From Marsupella aquatica (taxonomy: Eukaryota > Plantae > Marchantiophyta): a stretch of 64,000 bases of DNA. The stretch covers positions 6,435,079-6,499,078 of the forward strand of contig OZ316898.1 in the NCBI GenBank assembly GCA_973895155.1, given 5' to 3'. The position numbers were made by a program, and so were the translations under genes. The notes under the pieces are model-generated. The model made no database searches, was not told the DNA's origin, and worked only from the letters and a program-made list of their open reading frames with translations. Shown here in pieces: positions 46,754 to 59,900 of the stretch (position 1 is the stretch's first letter; each line of letters starts with the position of its first letter).

Positions 46754-49700
46754 ATGGAGCTGAACAGCGGCGTCACTGCCGGTAATTATATTTCCAAGAG
46801 ATGTGGAACTTCGACCTCCGAATTGTCGAGTGGCTGGGGCTGGCATCTGAACCCCGGGCGACCCTCAGTTGTCAGAATAAGATCACTTTTCAGCCCAATG
46901 CTCAGACACAAAAAGCCCACATCTCGAAGAGTGTGCACCTATAGAAAAGTGCATGCTACGTCGTCTGCTTCGGCTGAAGCTGAAGCTGCACGCAACATTA
47001 CATCAGACAGTTGTACTGAAGGAGGTGAAGAGTACTCCTTCACAAGCATTGCTGCCGGTGATCTAAATGAAAATTCAGTGGGCATCTCAAGGAGTAGAAA
47101 GAATCCTCTATCTGGAAACGGTAGACGCCATGTGGTTACTGATCCATGGCTTTCAGGAACCTATGGTGCGGGTTCTGCTCATTCCAAAGACAGGGCTTTG
47201 ACCCCGAAATTTCAAAATGCTTCGGGGGAGAACGAGGAGGACAACGGTGATGGACTCGTTAGGGAGGACACAGTTAACGGACGGCAATCTCAAGCATTGT
47301 GGATAAAGAAGGCGCGGACAGTGGTTCCCCGGAAACAACCAAAAATCAGCCAGAGCTTGTTACACTCAATGCAATCTCCATCAGGGGTTGATCCCGTTAT
47401 TCAGGAATTGGAGAAGACAACGAACAGCCAGGGTGTTGCAAATGTGATGGACAAATTTGCCAGCAAATTGACTCTTCAGGACCTCAAGCTCCTTCTGACT
47501 GAGCTGGCGACAGGACCCGAAAAATATTGGGCAAAAGCAATACAGGTTTTTGACTGGATGCACGACATGGCTGTGTATGACATCGATCCTGGTATGTATC
47601 ATAGCATGTTTGTGCTCCTGGGAAAGTCAAAGAAGATGAGCATGGCTGAGACGATGATTCAGCGGATGAAGATGGAGGGGCTGCAACTGGACAAGTACAT
47701 CTACACTGCTTTGGTTGGTGGCTATGTAAGAAGTGGCTACATTCAAAAAGGAATTGCTGTCCTTGAGCAAATGAAAGCTGATGGGCTGCGCCCTCCTGTG
47801 CCAGCATTCAACGTTCTGATCGATGGTTGTGTGAAACTGCCAAGGGGATTAGAGGTTGCCCGGTCCTTGATGAAGAAAATGAAGGCCGATGGCGTCACTC
47901 CAGATAGAGTTACTTATACTACTATGATCATTATGTACAGTCGAAAAGGCCACCATGGCGAGGCAATTCGAATGTTCGAAGAAATGCAACTGCAGAAGTG
48001 CTATCCTGATGTTCTCACTTACAATGCTGTTCTTAATGCGTACTCCAAATTAGGTATCGCTGCGAAGGCAATTTTATTTTTACATATTAAACGCAGAAGA
48101 TAATCAATTATTTCAAACCAATTCCGAAATCTTTTTGATTCATAGAATGGAATGTGTATCGTTGAAAGGGTTGGTGATATAGTTGAAAGGTTTTCTGCTT
48201 CCTGTAGTTCCTTCTAGAGTAGCACGGTTTCGACGTCCTTTCACTTGCTGAATTTAGGTGCACAAATATCAAATCAGTTGATATAAAATGCGGGTTGCAG
48301 GAGATCTATCGGGGATGTTACAGGTTCATCAGTCCATGTCTGACCACCGTGTGGATCCAGACACTGTCACATTTAACATAGTTCTCAATGCACTTGGTCG
48401 TGGGGGTCGCACCAAGGATGTCTGTCGCTTTTACCGTCTCATGCGGAAGGTATTTTATTGTACTCTTTGTCCCCAGATCAGCTTGGATTTGACTTTTGAG
48501 GGTCTTTAACACAGATTGTACCTCCGTTGGTTCTTCTCGGTTTTAATGAGGTGGACTTTCAGCATTGAAGTGCGACAGATTTGAGTAATAGCCTCTTTGT
48601 CCTCCTTGGAGAAACTGACTCAAGGGTTCTGACTTTGTGATTGATGTCAGATTGGTGTGACCCCAGATGTAACGACATGCTCAATTCTTGTCAATGCCTA
48701 TGGGAAATCCCGGGCATGGGATGAACTTGATACACTAATTGTTGAGATGGAAAACTTGGGACTGCAACCAGATCTCACAGTTTACAACTCATTGATCAGC
48801 ATCTATGGAAAAGCTGCTCGGTTTGAGCAAGTGGAGCTGATTGTCAAGTCCCTGCAACAGTCTAATGGTATCATGTTCGACTTGATTACTTATAACACAC
48901 TCATAGATGTGTACGGAAAGGCAGGTCGACTTAGTGACGTTATCAAGTGGTTCTCTGAAATGAGGAGACAAACAGTCAAACCTGACGTGAGAACCTTCAA
49001 TGCCTTGGTCCATGCTTATGGACGTGCCTCGCAGTACGAAGGAGTAAGATCCGGCCCATTCTGATGAGTGTTTAGGAGCTTGTCAGACTGTTTGTGTAAC
49101 GTCATGTAGGATGGACCAATCGCTCCCTGCAACTTTTTTATGGAAGGTCACGGTACGGATAATTTTAGAATTACAAAGTGTATCTTTAATTATTCCGATT
49201 AGTTGTGTTATGAATTACCTTTCTTTGGATACTTTCGTGGAAATCTAGCTATTAGAAACTAGTTTTATGGCAAGTCTCACGGGTTTTCTTACTTCGCTGC
49301 AGGTCAAAGAAGTTCTTGACCTGTTCAGAGCAGATGGCAGCAAGCCAGATTTGGTTTTCTATCACACTCTCCTTTTCTTGTTTGCAAAAGGTGGAAAGTA
49401 CATTGATGCTTGGGGCGTCATAGAAGACATGGAGCAAGAAGGATATACGCTAAGCCTTGACATCTACAACTCTCTTATCCTAGTTTTTGGCCGTAGCAAT
49501 GCCCTTGAAGCAGTGAAGCTGTATTCGCACATGATCTCCTCAAAAGTGCGGCCTAACTCCATTACGTTCAAAGTATTGATTGAAGTTCATGCAAGGAAGG
49601 GTATGGTAGATGAATGCCTGAAGATCTACAGAAAGTCAAGGGGATTTCTGGGGGATGAGCTAAATGATAGTCTTTTGAGCTCAGTGTTGGGAGCTTGCTG

Positions 49701-51105
49701 CAATATGAGGCGCATGGAAGATGCGGAGGAGATATTATTGGAGCTAGAAAATCAGCCAGGCCTTCTTCCTTCAGTGTCCTGTTTCAACTGGTTGATTTTA
49801 GGTACGATGTTCACGTATAAGACTGTCTTGCATCTACTTGTATCGCAACATCTCTGGAGTTATGTTTTATCAATGTGACTTAGGTATCCAATGTTTCAGC
49901 CTTCATAACTCCAATACTTTTCATGATTCTAACTAGAGTATCTATACCATGCAATCACCTTCCACTGGCCGTAACTATTATGTTCTCCACTTTTCATCAT
50001 CTCACTAGAGTTCCACTCTGCATTGACAGGATATGGGAGGCAAGGACTGTGGCAAAATGCTGAGGAAGTGCTAGAGAGAATGAAGGCCAAAGGACTGTTA
50101 CCCAATGGACAGTCTTACAGTTTTCTTCTGGAAGTTTACAGTCTATGTGGGCGCTTTGACAAGACAGAAGATCTAAGAGTAAAGATGAATGAGCATGGTC
50201 TTACAAACAGTGTGTCTGCTTATAATGCTCTGCTTCGGTACCATGTACGCTCTGATAGAGTTGATCTTGCCCTTGAGCTGCTTGAAGGCTTGCTAAGGAA
50301 ACGTGTAAATGTTAATCATAATACGTACACAGCCATTTTATCAGGATATGGAAGATCAGCCTCCATGAATGAGAAGATACTAGCCCATGTTAGGGAGTCT
50401 GACAAATTGCAGCTAGATCCAAAACATGGAATCTATACTGCACTGCTTGCGACGATACCGAAGTGCAAAACTCACGAGGAGGCCTATAGTTTCCTTGGAA
50501 CTCTTCAAAGGCTGGACTGTCCTAGTGAAATTTGCTCTATCCTCAAGGAGGTGGCCAGTGATGACGTGCAAGAGGAGGTCATATGGATGAATCTGGCAAA
50601 AAAGTTCCACTACCTTGACATGAACGGTTTTAACTCGGAGACTCAAAGGAATCTTCAAAATGCAATTGTTGATGCACTCTGGTGGTTTGGGTGGGAGATA
50701 AGAGCTCTGCGAGTAGTCAAAATCGGTGTTGATCTCGGAATCTTAGGACAAGTTTTCAAGTGGAGTAAGACAGAGTGGACATTAAATATTTCAGGAGGAT
50801 CTGTTGGGGCAGTGCAAGTTCTATTGCTGATGTGGATTGCCTCCATGCGCAAATTAAGTAAGGAGGGTGAGGAAATCCCCCCTCAGATCAGAATCATTCT
50901 TGCAGAAGAGTGGCAACTCCGTCTGAAGGAGAACAAAGCTGCCATAGAAGCAGTGCAAGCCCAATTGAATGACCTAGGTGCTGTCTACTCTCGAACAGAA
51001 GACCAAATATCATTAGAGATGTCCAGAAGTGAATTGTCTTCTTGGCTAAGACAGGATCAGTTGGATGAGAAGTTATATTTGATGGATTCTCCAGTACAAT
51101 CCTAA
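46754..51105 (+). CDS. P-class pentatricopeptide repeat protein with C-terminal SMR-like domain (pTAC2/GUN1-like group), probably organelle-targeted
   Basis: Exons 46754-48053, 48301-48449, 48651-49043, 49303-49801 and 50030-51105 with GT-AG junctions in phase. Many 35-aa PPR motifs (PDRVTYTTMI, PDVLTYNAVL, PDVRTFNALV). The C-terminal NAIVDALWWFG...WTLNISGGSVGA...W block resembles that of PPR-SMR proteins. The start codon is inferred. Confidence 0.9.
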
Positions 51106-52068
51106 GCATCCATACGAACGCCACGCCGTTGAAGCTGTGCATTCAGATTAGCCGCTGGTAGAGGCAAAGTTAGTATCAAGAGTGTCGGGGATGCTTCATT
51201 TAGGCAGCGGTGCGGATGTTGGATATCTGGAACCTTCGACAGTGTTGGAAGTTCAACATGACAGGTCCACTCCGACAGTTTTCAATGCTCCATTTCACTT
51301 GGTGTATACAGAAAAAGGCTGGCCAAGGTAACAACAATAGGTTAGAAGTTTCAAACTATTCCCCAGTGATAGTGAGTTGTGTACATATCATTCTTCCATT
51401 TATTGGATTTACTGGGTTGTTATCTGATCTGGAACTGAACCGGAACAGCCCTCTGCGTTGAAACAGTACAAAGAGTTGGAAATCATGACGGTTTTTTTGG
51501 TCCAGCCCACATGATAGAGTCGGGTGCAAGTGTTACATGGTAGTCAATTGGAGCTAAGTACAAAAGTGCATGCGATACTGCTTCTTCACCGATTTGAATG
51601 AACGCTATTCTAGAAGAGGCTAGGAAAGTGCTCCTGTTTATCTGTTCCATACAAGGTCGTAAGATTCATCCAGCAATGTGCCAGGATTAGAGTGTAAAAT
51701 ACATGGATTCATATATGATGAGGGATACATGATCAATTCGTGGCTTTTGATGTTTCTCCGATCCAAGGATGGTGAGTCGAATGTTGAATATTTTTAATTG
51801 TTGGCTTAGGCAACTGCTTCACATGGTAGATGTTGGGATTTGCATCGCTTTGTATTGTTTGTTTCTACTGATTTCCTTTTTTGGACACGCATTGGTAGAC
51901 CTTGGGGCTGTTCGATTCTACTGATAGGAATTTCAGTATTGAAATGTTAAGCGTAAAGTCTCCTCGTATTCCATAAAAGGATGTAAGCAAAACATCCATT
52001 ACAGTTGAGCAAAATTCTGTTTTCTGGCCCGCCCTGCAGGAGGATCTCTATGATCAAAATGTGACGTA

Positions 52069-52405
52069 CTACTCTTTCTTCTCTTTCTTCTCTTTCTTCT
52101 CTTTCTTTTCCTTCTTTTCCTTTTTCTCGTTCTCCTTCTTCTCCTTCTTATCTTTCTTATCTTTGTCTTTGCTGCCCTTCTCCTGTCCTTTCTCTTCGTC
52201 CTTGAGCTCTTCCTCGTTGTCATCCTCTATTTCAACTTCGTCAAAGAGGTGCACGATCTTACTCCCATAGTTTCCGAACAGCGTATTTGACAAACTCTTC
52301 GTTGCGTTTGTCTTGAGGATGTCCTCCACCGTATAGGTCTCCGGGATTGCATAAGGATCAGGTTCCTGCATTTGGTACTTCCTCGTAAGCATTTTGTAAT
52401 TGTCC
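52069..52405 (-). CDS. Candidate terminal exon ending in a KKE-repeat tail; may belong to the SPEF2-like gene or to a separate gene
   Basis: The ORF ends KDKKEKKENEKKEKKEKKEKKEKKEKKE*, similar in composition to the K/D/E-rich segments of the upstream gene (58147-58530). The splice connection could not be established. Confidence 0.4.
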
Positions 52406-53937
52406 CTCCATGATAATAGTTTTCATTAGCATGAGTACAGATCCGATTATCTTCGCTAGGGGGCGTAAACGTTAGATTTTCATGGATAGTAACCTTTCAC
52501 AGGAGTTCAACGCAAGTCTGATCTAGGTTGGCACAGTTTTCGTTGTAGTATTGCTTGCCTTGGCTAGAGATGGGCTTCAATTAGTAGTACATTGTACAGA
52601 ACTATTTGTTATTGCATGTGGCTAGTCTTGCCCCATTGCCGTCATGAGTTCAGTTTGGTGCTGTGATGGTAGTCTCCGTGCCTAGTCTTGCTTTTCAAAT
52701 TTTTGCGTGCTGTACATTCGTGTAAATTATTGTTTGGGTTTAGATCAATGCGCGTAACTAATTCTGGGGTCAGTGGTGGGCAGGATTGTTTCCAATGTCC
52801 TGGCCGGTCAGACTTGGAGGGTCATATTTGGAGTTTGAACATGAGGCTAGTTTGGGGCATAAGGAAATAATAATATATGTGCGTCATTTTTGTAAAGCCT
52901 GACACGCAGCTTTCTCTTGCATGTTTCTTTTCCAAAATTGGATCACCCTGACGTTGCGAAGCGCAAGCTCCCCGTTGCCATCATTGTGTCCACAACTTCG
53001 TACTTTTGGGATGCTACAGCTTTAAAGTTCGCGTCTCGTATTTTCAAGCGAATCTCATGGACCATAGAAGTCATTCGTTCTTTGATTAATGGTAGAGTTG
53101 CGTTATGCCAACGTTTTCATGTTCCGTGCTTGCGTTTTCCCGGTATTGTTAAATGATATTATCTGACTTCCGTTGGGTTCCGATATCAATTATGTTCTGT
53201 TCTTAAAGTTGTAAATGTAAATAGGTACCTCAAATTCCATCTCTTGCACCAGAGGCACAGTCGGATGGACGTCGCACTTGTACGGAGCCGATTCGGCATC
53301 TGGGCTGTCACTGCTTTCATCCCGTTTCGTACTGAGCGCACAAAGGAAGCCCTTGATAGTTTCTGCTTCAGAGAATTCTTCAAATTCCTTGTGAGCGAAG
53401 TTCAAAAAGTCTTCTACTGTCTCACGGTCACTGTCAGTCGAGCTAGATTTGACGTCACGGTGTTGAATGCAGGGGTTGTTGTCTTCGTTTGAGCCACTTT
53501 CCTCTGAGTTTGCCATGTCGCTCTCCTTCTCTCTCTCAGCTTTGTCCCACTTCTCTTTAGCCACATAGTATAGTAGGTTCTGCAGTTGTGCAATGTGGAC
53601 AAGCTAAGGTTTTTAATGGTCCTGACCAGATTTTTTATTTGGTTTTGAAGACTTCCGAAACCTCTCAGCCACAAGTCGACAGACAAGTTAAGTTGAACTT
53701 GCGGGTTTTGAACTACTAAATTAGCAAATGATGAGTAAATTCATGAGATGGTGAAGAAAATCATTTTAGAATTCCTGGACTCTCTCCTTCAGATAGTCTT
53801 TCGACGTCTCCTGTATATATTAGAGATACAAATTACGACTTCTTTAGTACTCCAATACTAAATAAAACCACATGACGGTGTAGCAAGAATTAGGATCCAC
53901 TTATCGACTAGACTACTCAACAAAGCTATCAACAGGT

Positions 53938-56900
53938 TTAATCCTGTGTGCTGTTACGTTGGAAGAAGTGATTACTTTGTCCATTTTGCTTGATGATCAC
54001 CTGGAACAGAGCTGGCTCACAAAAAGTTTCTAACATGCTAGCATCCAATGGCATGGAACGTCTAAGGGAACCCTGAGCAGGGAGGAAGTTGCCCCGTGTA
54101 CTTACATATAAGTCATCGAGAATGAAGGGAACAATGGCTTGATCCCAAGCGGCATCAACCCCCCATGGATACAATATTCCTAAAATTGTCTCAGGTGTGA
54201 GATGGTGATCTGTCGATCTGCACCAACGCATAGTTCAATTTAATGAGGTCATTTCTGGGGTCACCGCTAAACAAATACCTCTATCTAGATGATTGATTGA
54301 TTGTCTCCATAAAGTCAAGAATGAACCTCGTTCATTGTGTGTCATGTGGGCAACATATGTCAGTGTGCGGAGAGAAAAATAAGAAAAATATGTATTACAA
54401 GTTTCCAGACTCTGCGACCACATTGAATGCCTTCTGGAGTGCTTGCTTCTCGACAGGATCCCTGCAGATATATAGCAGGAGCTTTTGAAAGTGAATGCCC
54501 TTTGAGCCTTCTTCGAGGAGATTGTACAGGAAAATCTTGAGTGCAAGTCCCAGATCAAAATCCCCGGGAGATAAGGGAGCACCTGCAATGACATGTGTAT
54601 CACTCTTGCCTTAGTTTCCCTTGGATAAGGATATCTAGTCCGTATGATTAGTCGTTAATGCAAAATCTGTACTGTGCCCAGGCCTAGATTGGAAAACATA
54701 CAAGAAATGAAGGAAATCCAGAAAGCTTGCTTACTCGGGTCGAACCAGAACTTGATGCCAAGGAAATCTTCGAGGAGAATATAGCCATGTGTTTCAGGAC
54801 TCTTGAGGACCCCTTCCTTGTCTAGCGTTGCGACAGGGAACAATGCTGAGAAGACACAACACACTGGAATGTGAGAGGGCGCAGAGGGTAGAATTAGGGT
54901 TGTTAGAGTGTCCCTTACAAGCTAATTTGAAGTGCCCCATTTTCACAACTGCTCATAGGACATTGGTCAAATTGAGAGGCTTTTCCTCTGGTCACAAGAA
55001 CAGGGTTTTTTACCTCTACTAGAATTCCAGGCAAGAGAAAGTCACACGTTGCTCCTTTACATTCAAGCTTCTTTCAGGGCAAAGAAACGGGAAATCCGAA
55101 GGGAAATGCATTTTGATTTCGAAGTGAAGATTTGCAGTACAGAAAAGCCTTCAACGGCGTATTTGGATCAGTACAAATCTGAGTGTTGCCGGCACTTTAT
55201 TGCTCAGAGATGCAAGAGCAATTATTGGCTACCAGAGTTATGCTAATACCTTTGCGTGCATTAAGCAGATCCTCACAAGAAGCAGATGATATGATGTACG
55301 AATATTTAGCATCCACCAAAGCAATCAAAAATCCACGCCAGTCAACAAATTTTGCTTCTTTGGTTGGTTCGTCAATAATCTCCTGAACAAGAATGAACTG
55401 AGATTTATTGAAGGTGTAGACTGTATACGAGAGAATGGAAACATAAAATTACTTTTTTGCTTGATTCTTGATGGCTATTCCTTTATTAAAGGTACCGTAT
55501 GCACCAGCGGCACTCATGAAGAATTGTAGCTGAAGAACTGAAGCACTCTGTACATATTTCCCTTTAGACCCAAACCTAAAGCCTGTTTATATCAGCTTAT
55601 TTCAATTTTCGTTCTGTATTCTAATGAATGTATGGTAGAAGTTCTTCAGCTACTTCACAATTTGACCTTTACAACAGCAACTTCAAAAACCACATCCTTA
55701 GATCAAAGCACTAGGGTGTCCTCTTCCTACTGATTGGATTCCCGACTGTGTGGCTCATGGAATCTTGCATAGTACGATCAATGTTCATACTCATAGCATG
55801 GTCCAGAGTTAGCATGAACAGTGAGCTAGCCAGCTTTCTCGCACACGTGACTTACAATAGCATCATCAATTCGGAAGGGTTCTTGTTGGGTATGTTTTGC
55901 ACTACGAGCTTGGGGTCATGCCGTTGGTGCAATATGCGTGACTATCTTTCAGATAAAGACGCTTAGATGGATCGAATGGGGAATAGATCGCTTCTCACCT
56001 TGAACATTTGATCGGCGAGATTTTGCCAGACTTGGAAGGGCCCGTAAGGATCTCTCCTGGAGGCTGGCAGACGTGGAAGTAGTGATTCTTTTAAGTCGTT
56101 CTTAAACATTGTGTGAGTCTTCACGATTGCTCCAGTCACTGTTGCCCTTGCCATACTTGCCGTCATATAATTAGCTGCAGTAAACACGCCGTTACGTACA
56201 AAGTAATTAAGTTCTCCGACAAATTGATTTCTCACTGGAAGCACATCCACTGCTGCTCTTTATAATTGAGAATTAGTCGTCAAAAGTTGTCACACCCAAA
56301 TCGTAAGTCTGTTGGTTTCTATAATTGACTCGAAACCAGTATCACGAGTTCTATCTGTCTTCTGAATTTCCATTCACCACTATTCTCTACTTACAAATTA
56401 TGCTTATTTCTTGTCCCTCGGCCCTATTTAATCCCATGGACTTCAAGATCTAGTTGATTGCCCAAATCTGCTTTACAAAACAATCTATTCCGTAATTGTT
56501 GATGAATAAAGGAGACCTTGAGGAGAGACTGTCTTGAAGTCATTCAGTAAATTCTCGAGGACCTTACAGAACCACAGGTTCAGATTGGTTGTCTCCTTAA
56601 TCGGACACTCCTGCAAAATATACAAGGACATGGATGTAGGCAATATTGAGCAATTTGAGGATTTATCTCAAGTGGCGAATGGCGAACTCAACTACACTCT
56701 TACTCCTTCACCACACCGTAGCTTTAATTGTTGAGTTTTGTTCACTGAGAAGGAAGTCTGAAATGCCTTTTTATTGAATTTGTTCTTATTGCCAGAGACT
56801 CCAATGAGCATTGTCATATTTTCGAAAAGCTAGTACCTAGACCCGGCTTTCATAACTTGTCACGTTTCATGATTACGTATTCATCATTCAAAATTCTTCA

Positions 56901-59900
56901 TCCAATAGGGCTTTATTCAATCACATCGTGACCATATCCTCTTGTGTAGGCTGAACTATTTGGTTTAGAGGCCAGGTATAATTGTCTTAGGACTGCCATC
57001 GCATGATGACATTTGATGATTTGAGGGCTAGGGACTTGCTCTTCTAACGTTGGCCATGCGATTGAATGACCTTACCAGCACAAGCTGTGATTCATCGACA
57101 TGAAAAACAGAACCATCAAGATACACGCGATACCATAGCAGAATTTGTTCCTCTGCTGCTTCTGTGCACAGGCTTAAAACCTCTTGGACCACCTCAGCTT
57201 CAGCCTGTTTTCAGCCTCCCTTGCAATCCGTGCTTGAAATCAGGATCTCCTAATGGGGTCAAGAATGAATTCTACCACCTTACAGTGCGATTGTAGCTAT
57301 TAAATTTAAGATTAGATCGGGACTGAGTTCTATGTCTACAGGGATCTGATCAGGCCTCCAGCATTGTAAAATGACCACACAGGAACACACGAAAGAGTTT
57401 GCGGGAGAAAAAGAAAAAGGACCCCGGGGAGTCTTAAGCTTGTCTTCAATACTAAGGCAAGATAAGTGAGGTGTCTAGTGGTGCAAGCTGGGGACCCAAA
57501 CAAGACCTGATCAATTATCTAGAGATTGATTAGTGACGCACCGTCGAAATAGAATTGGCCGCAATCCTGAAAAAGGGTCATGCTTCCAGCGAGAGAATGT
57601 ACCTTCAGCCTGGGTTTGCTCCAATCAGTCATCCGCTTGAAGGCTCCGTCTACTATCGGTTGCAGCTCGTCAAAATAATCCAGTGCCACCTTTGCTACAA
57701 TGGGAATTCATATTAGTCTAAGATCGCTGGCGACATGACACAGTCTGTGCAAATCAAGTGTTTCGTCCTGCTCCTTCAGTGATGACAAGCAAACGAGAGA
57801 ATCACTAGACTTCTCACACTCTGCCCTCGAGATTGATTACCCATTACCCTGATCAAACCAGGTGGGCATAGGAATGTTCCTCAAAACCTTTGAGTACACT
57901 CAAAGAAAACAGACAAGTGAAAGAGAATCTGTATTGGAGGTGATTGCTAAGCCCACGTGAGCCTAATTCTTGTGACAGTTGAACATCGCTGAAGGGATCG
58001 CATAGCTGGAATATATGTAGATTTTGTCGAAAACTTATGCTGATAGATTCACACTGAATAATCTTTCCCAGCTTCCCTCGCTGGAATCCTTGGCTCTTCT
58101 CTCTCTCTATGCAAATTCAAAACAGGCGCCGATACCTTCAGCTATTTCATTTGACATTTACACTCCTTTTTGAATTACTTTGACATTGGATCTTATGGCA
58201 TTGTATTGCAGAGTTCCAATGAGAATCACCTATTCGCTGTAAGCGGTGTATGAAGATCTCATGCTCACGAACAGTTACGGGAGGTATACTTGGATCAAGA
58301 GGAGGCGATGGAGTCTCAACTGCTAGGGATGCTACTTCAGCAACAGCTGGGATCTTGTCTTTCTTGTCTTTCTTGTCTTTAGAACCTTTTTTCTCCGTCT
58401 TACCCTCTTCCACTTTTAACGGTTTCTCGTTCTTCGTCTCATTTCCTTTCTTTCCCTTCTTATCACCCTTTTCCGGAGCTTTTCCAGCAATCACGTCAAG
58501 TACGGAATACGCCACAGATATTGCCTTCATGAAAATCTGGCATATTCAAGAAATGCTGTGACTTTTCTGGGTAATTAGTGTACTCCATACGGGCCAAAGC
58601 TTATTTATCTGGGATTTTGAAACTGGTTGACTTTGAGGATGAATGGAAGGTGGATCCTCAACTGGGGAAACGAACAAAAGTTCCGAAACTGAGATAACCA
58701 AACAAACCAAGCCAAGGGCCACATATACGGAATCAGGCTAGAAATGGTACACTTGTAACCTTTTGTGGTTATCTTACTGATTTTGGATATAAAAGCCTTT
58801 CCTGAGACAAGGGCTTTTCCACAGACAACGGAAGATTCGGGAAGAGGGAACAGCAGAAACAGAGAGCCGACGACAGATAAACTCAGAGAGCGAGGAAATT
58901 CTAGAAACTCCCCGGACTCAAGAAAAGTACGAATGAACGAAAAATAATTCTCCAATTGACACCGAAAATGCATTTTGAGGAAAATCATTTGTTTCTAAAT
59001 AACGCTAGGACTTGATGACGGGCCTCTAGGCAATCAATATCCTCGGTAGGAACTCCTTTCCTAGAAATAACAGTCATAGGAAAGTGGATTTATACAAAAT
59101 TTACATTTACAGGACTGTGCATACCTTGTGAAGTTTAGGTAGTGGGGCTGCCAAGGTCACAATCCACCCTGGTAGTGGGAAGTTTTCGATTGGTTCACTT
59201 GTTACTTCTTCCAGGACACAGCGAAATCCCAATAATTCAGATCCCAAAGTTTTAGTGTAGAACTCTTTTAGGAGGTTGCATGACTGTAGATGCCTGTCCA
59301 GCTAAATATCGATCAAACGACAATGCTAAGTATTAGTAAAGGTTAATCACGAGTCTAGTCCAATGAAGCCATTTAGTGTCCCTGGTGCAAGGATATAGGA
59401 ACAAGCAACTGGGCCAAAGTTTTCGACGTCAACAACCACCTTCAAGAGTGCTCCAAGCCGAGAAAAAATGTTATTTTGATTGACTATACAGATTTGTGTT
59501 GAATTTCTAAACAAACACCATTGAAAGGTTGATGCAAACCATTCACTTAAACTGAAATTCAAAATTTTCAAAAGCTAGCTTAAACTAAATGGCAAAACTT
59601 TGCGGATGTATTAAGCGACTTCATTCTAGATCACTGCATGACCCAACTGACCCGTGACTAATTGAATTCAGAGCATTGATTTTGTTGTGACGACACCATC
59701 CATGATAAATTTTTACCTTATTTCTCATTTATAATGCCCCTACTACCATTACCTTTCCACTCTAAACGTCTTCAATGGAGGTTCAAACATTCAATATTGC
59801 ATATAAAAGAACAATGCCCAGCACTTGCCTCTGTTTGCACGAGTCCAGTGAAAACTTTGATCAATGATGCAGTTCGCGATTCCAACAGATCGACGAGGCT

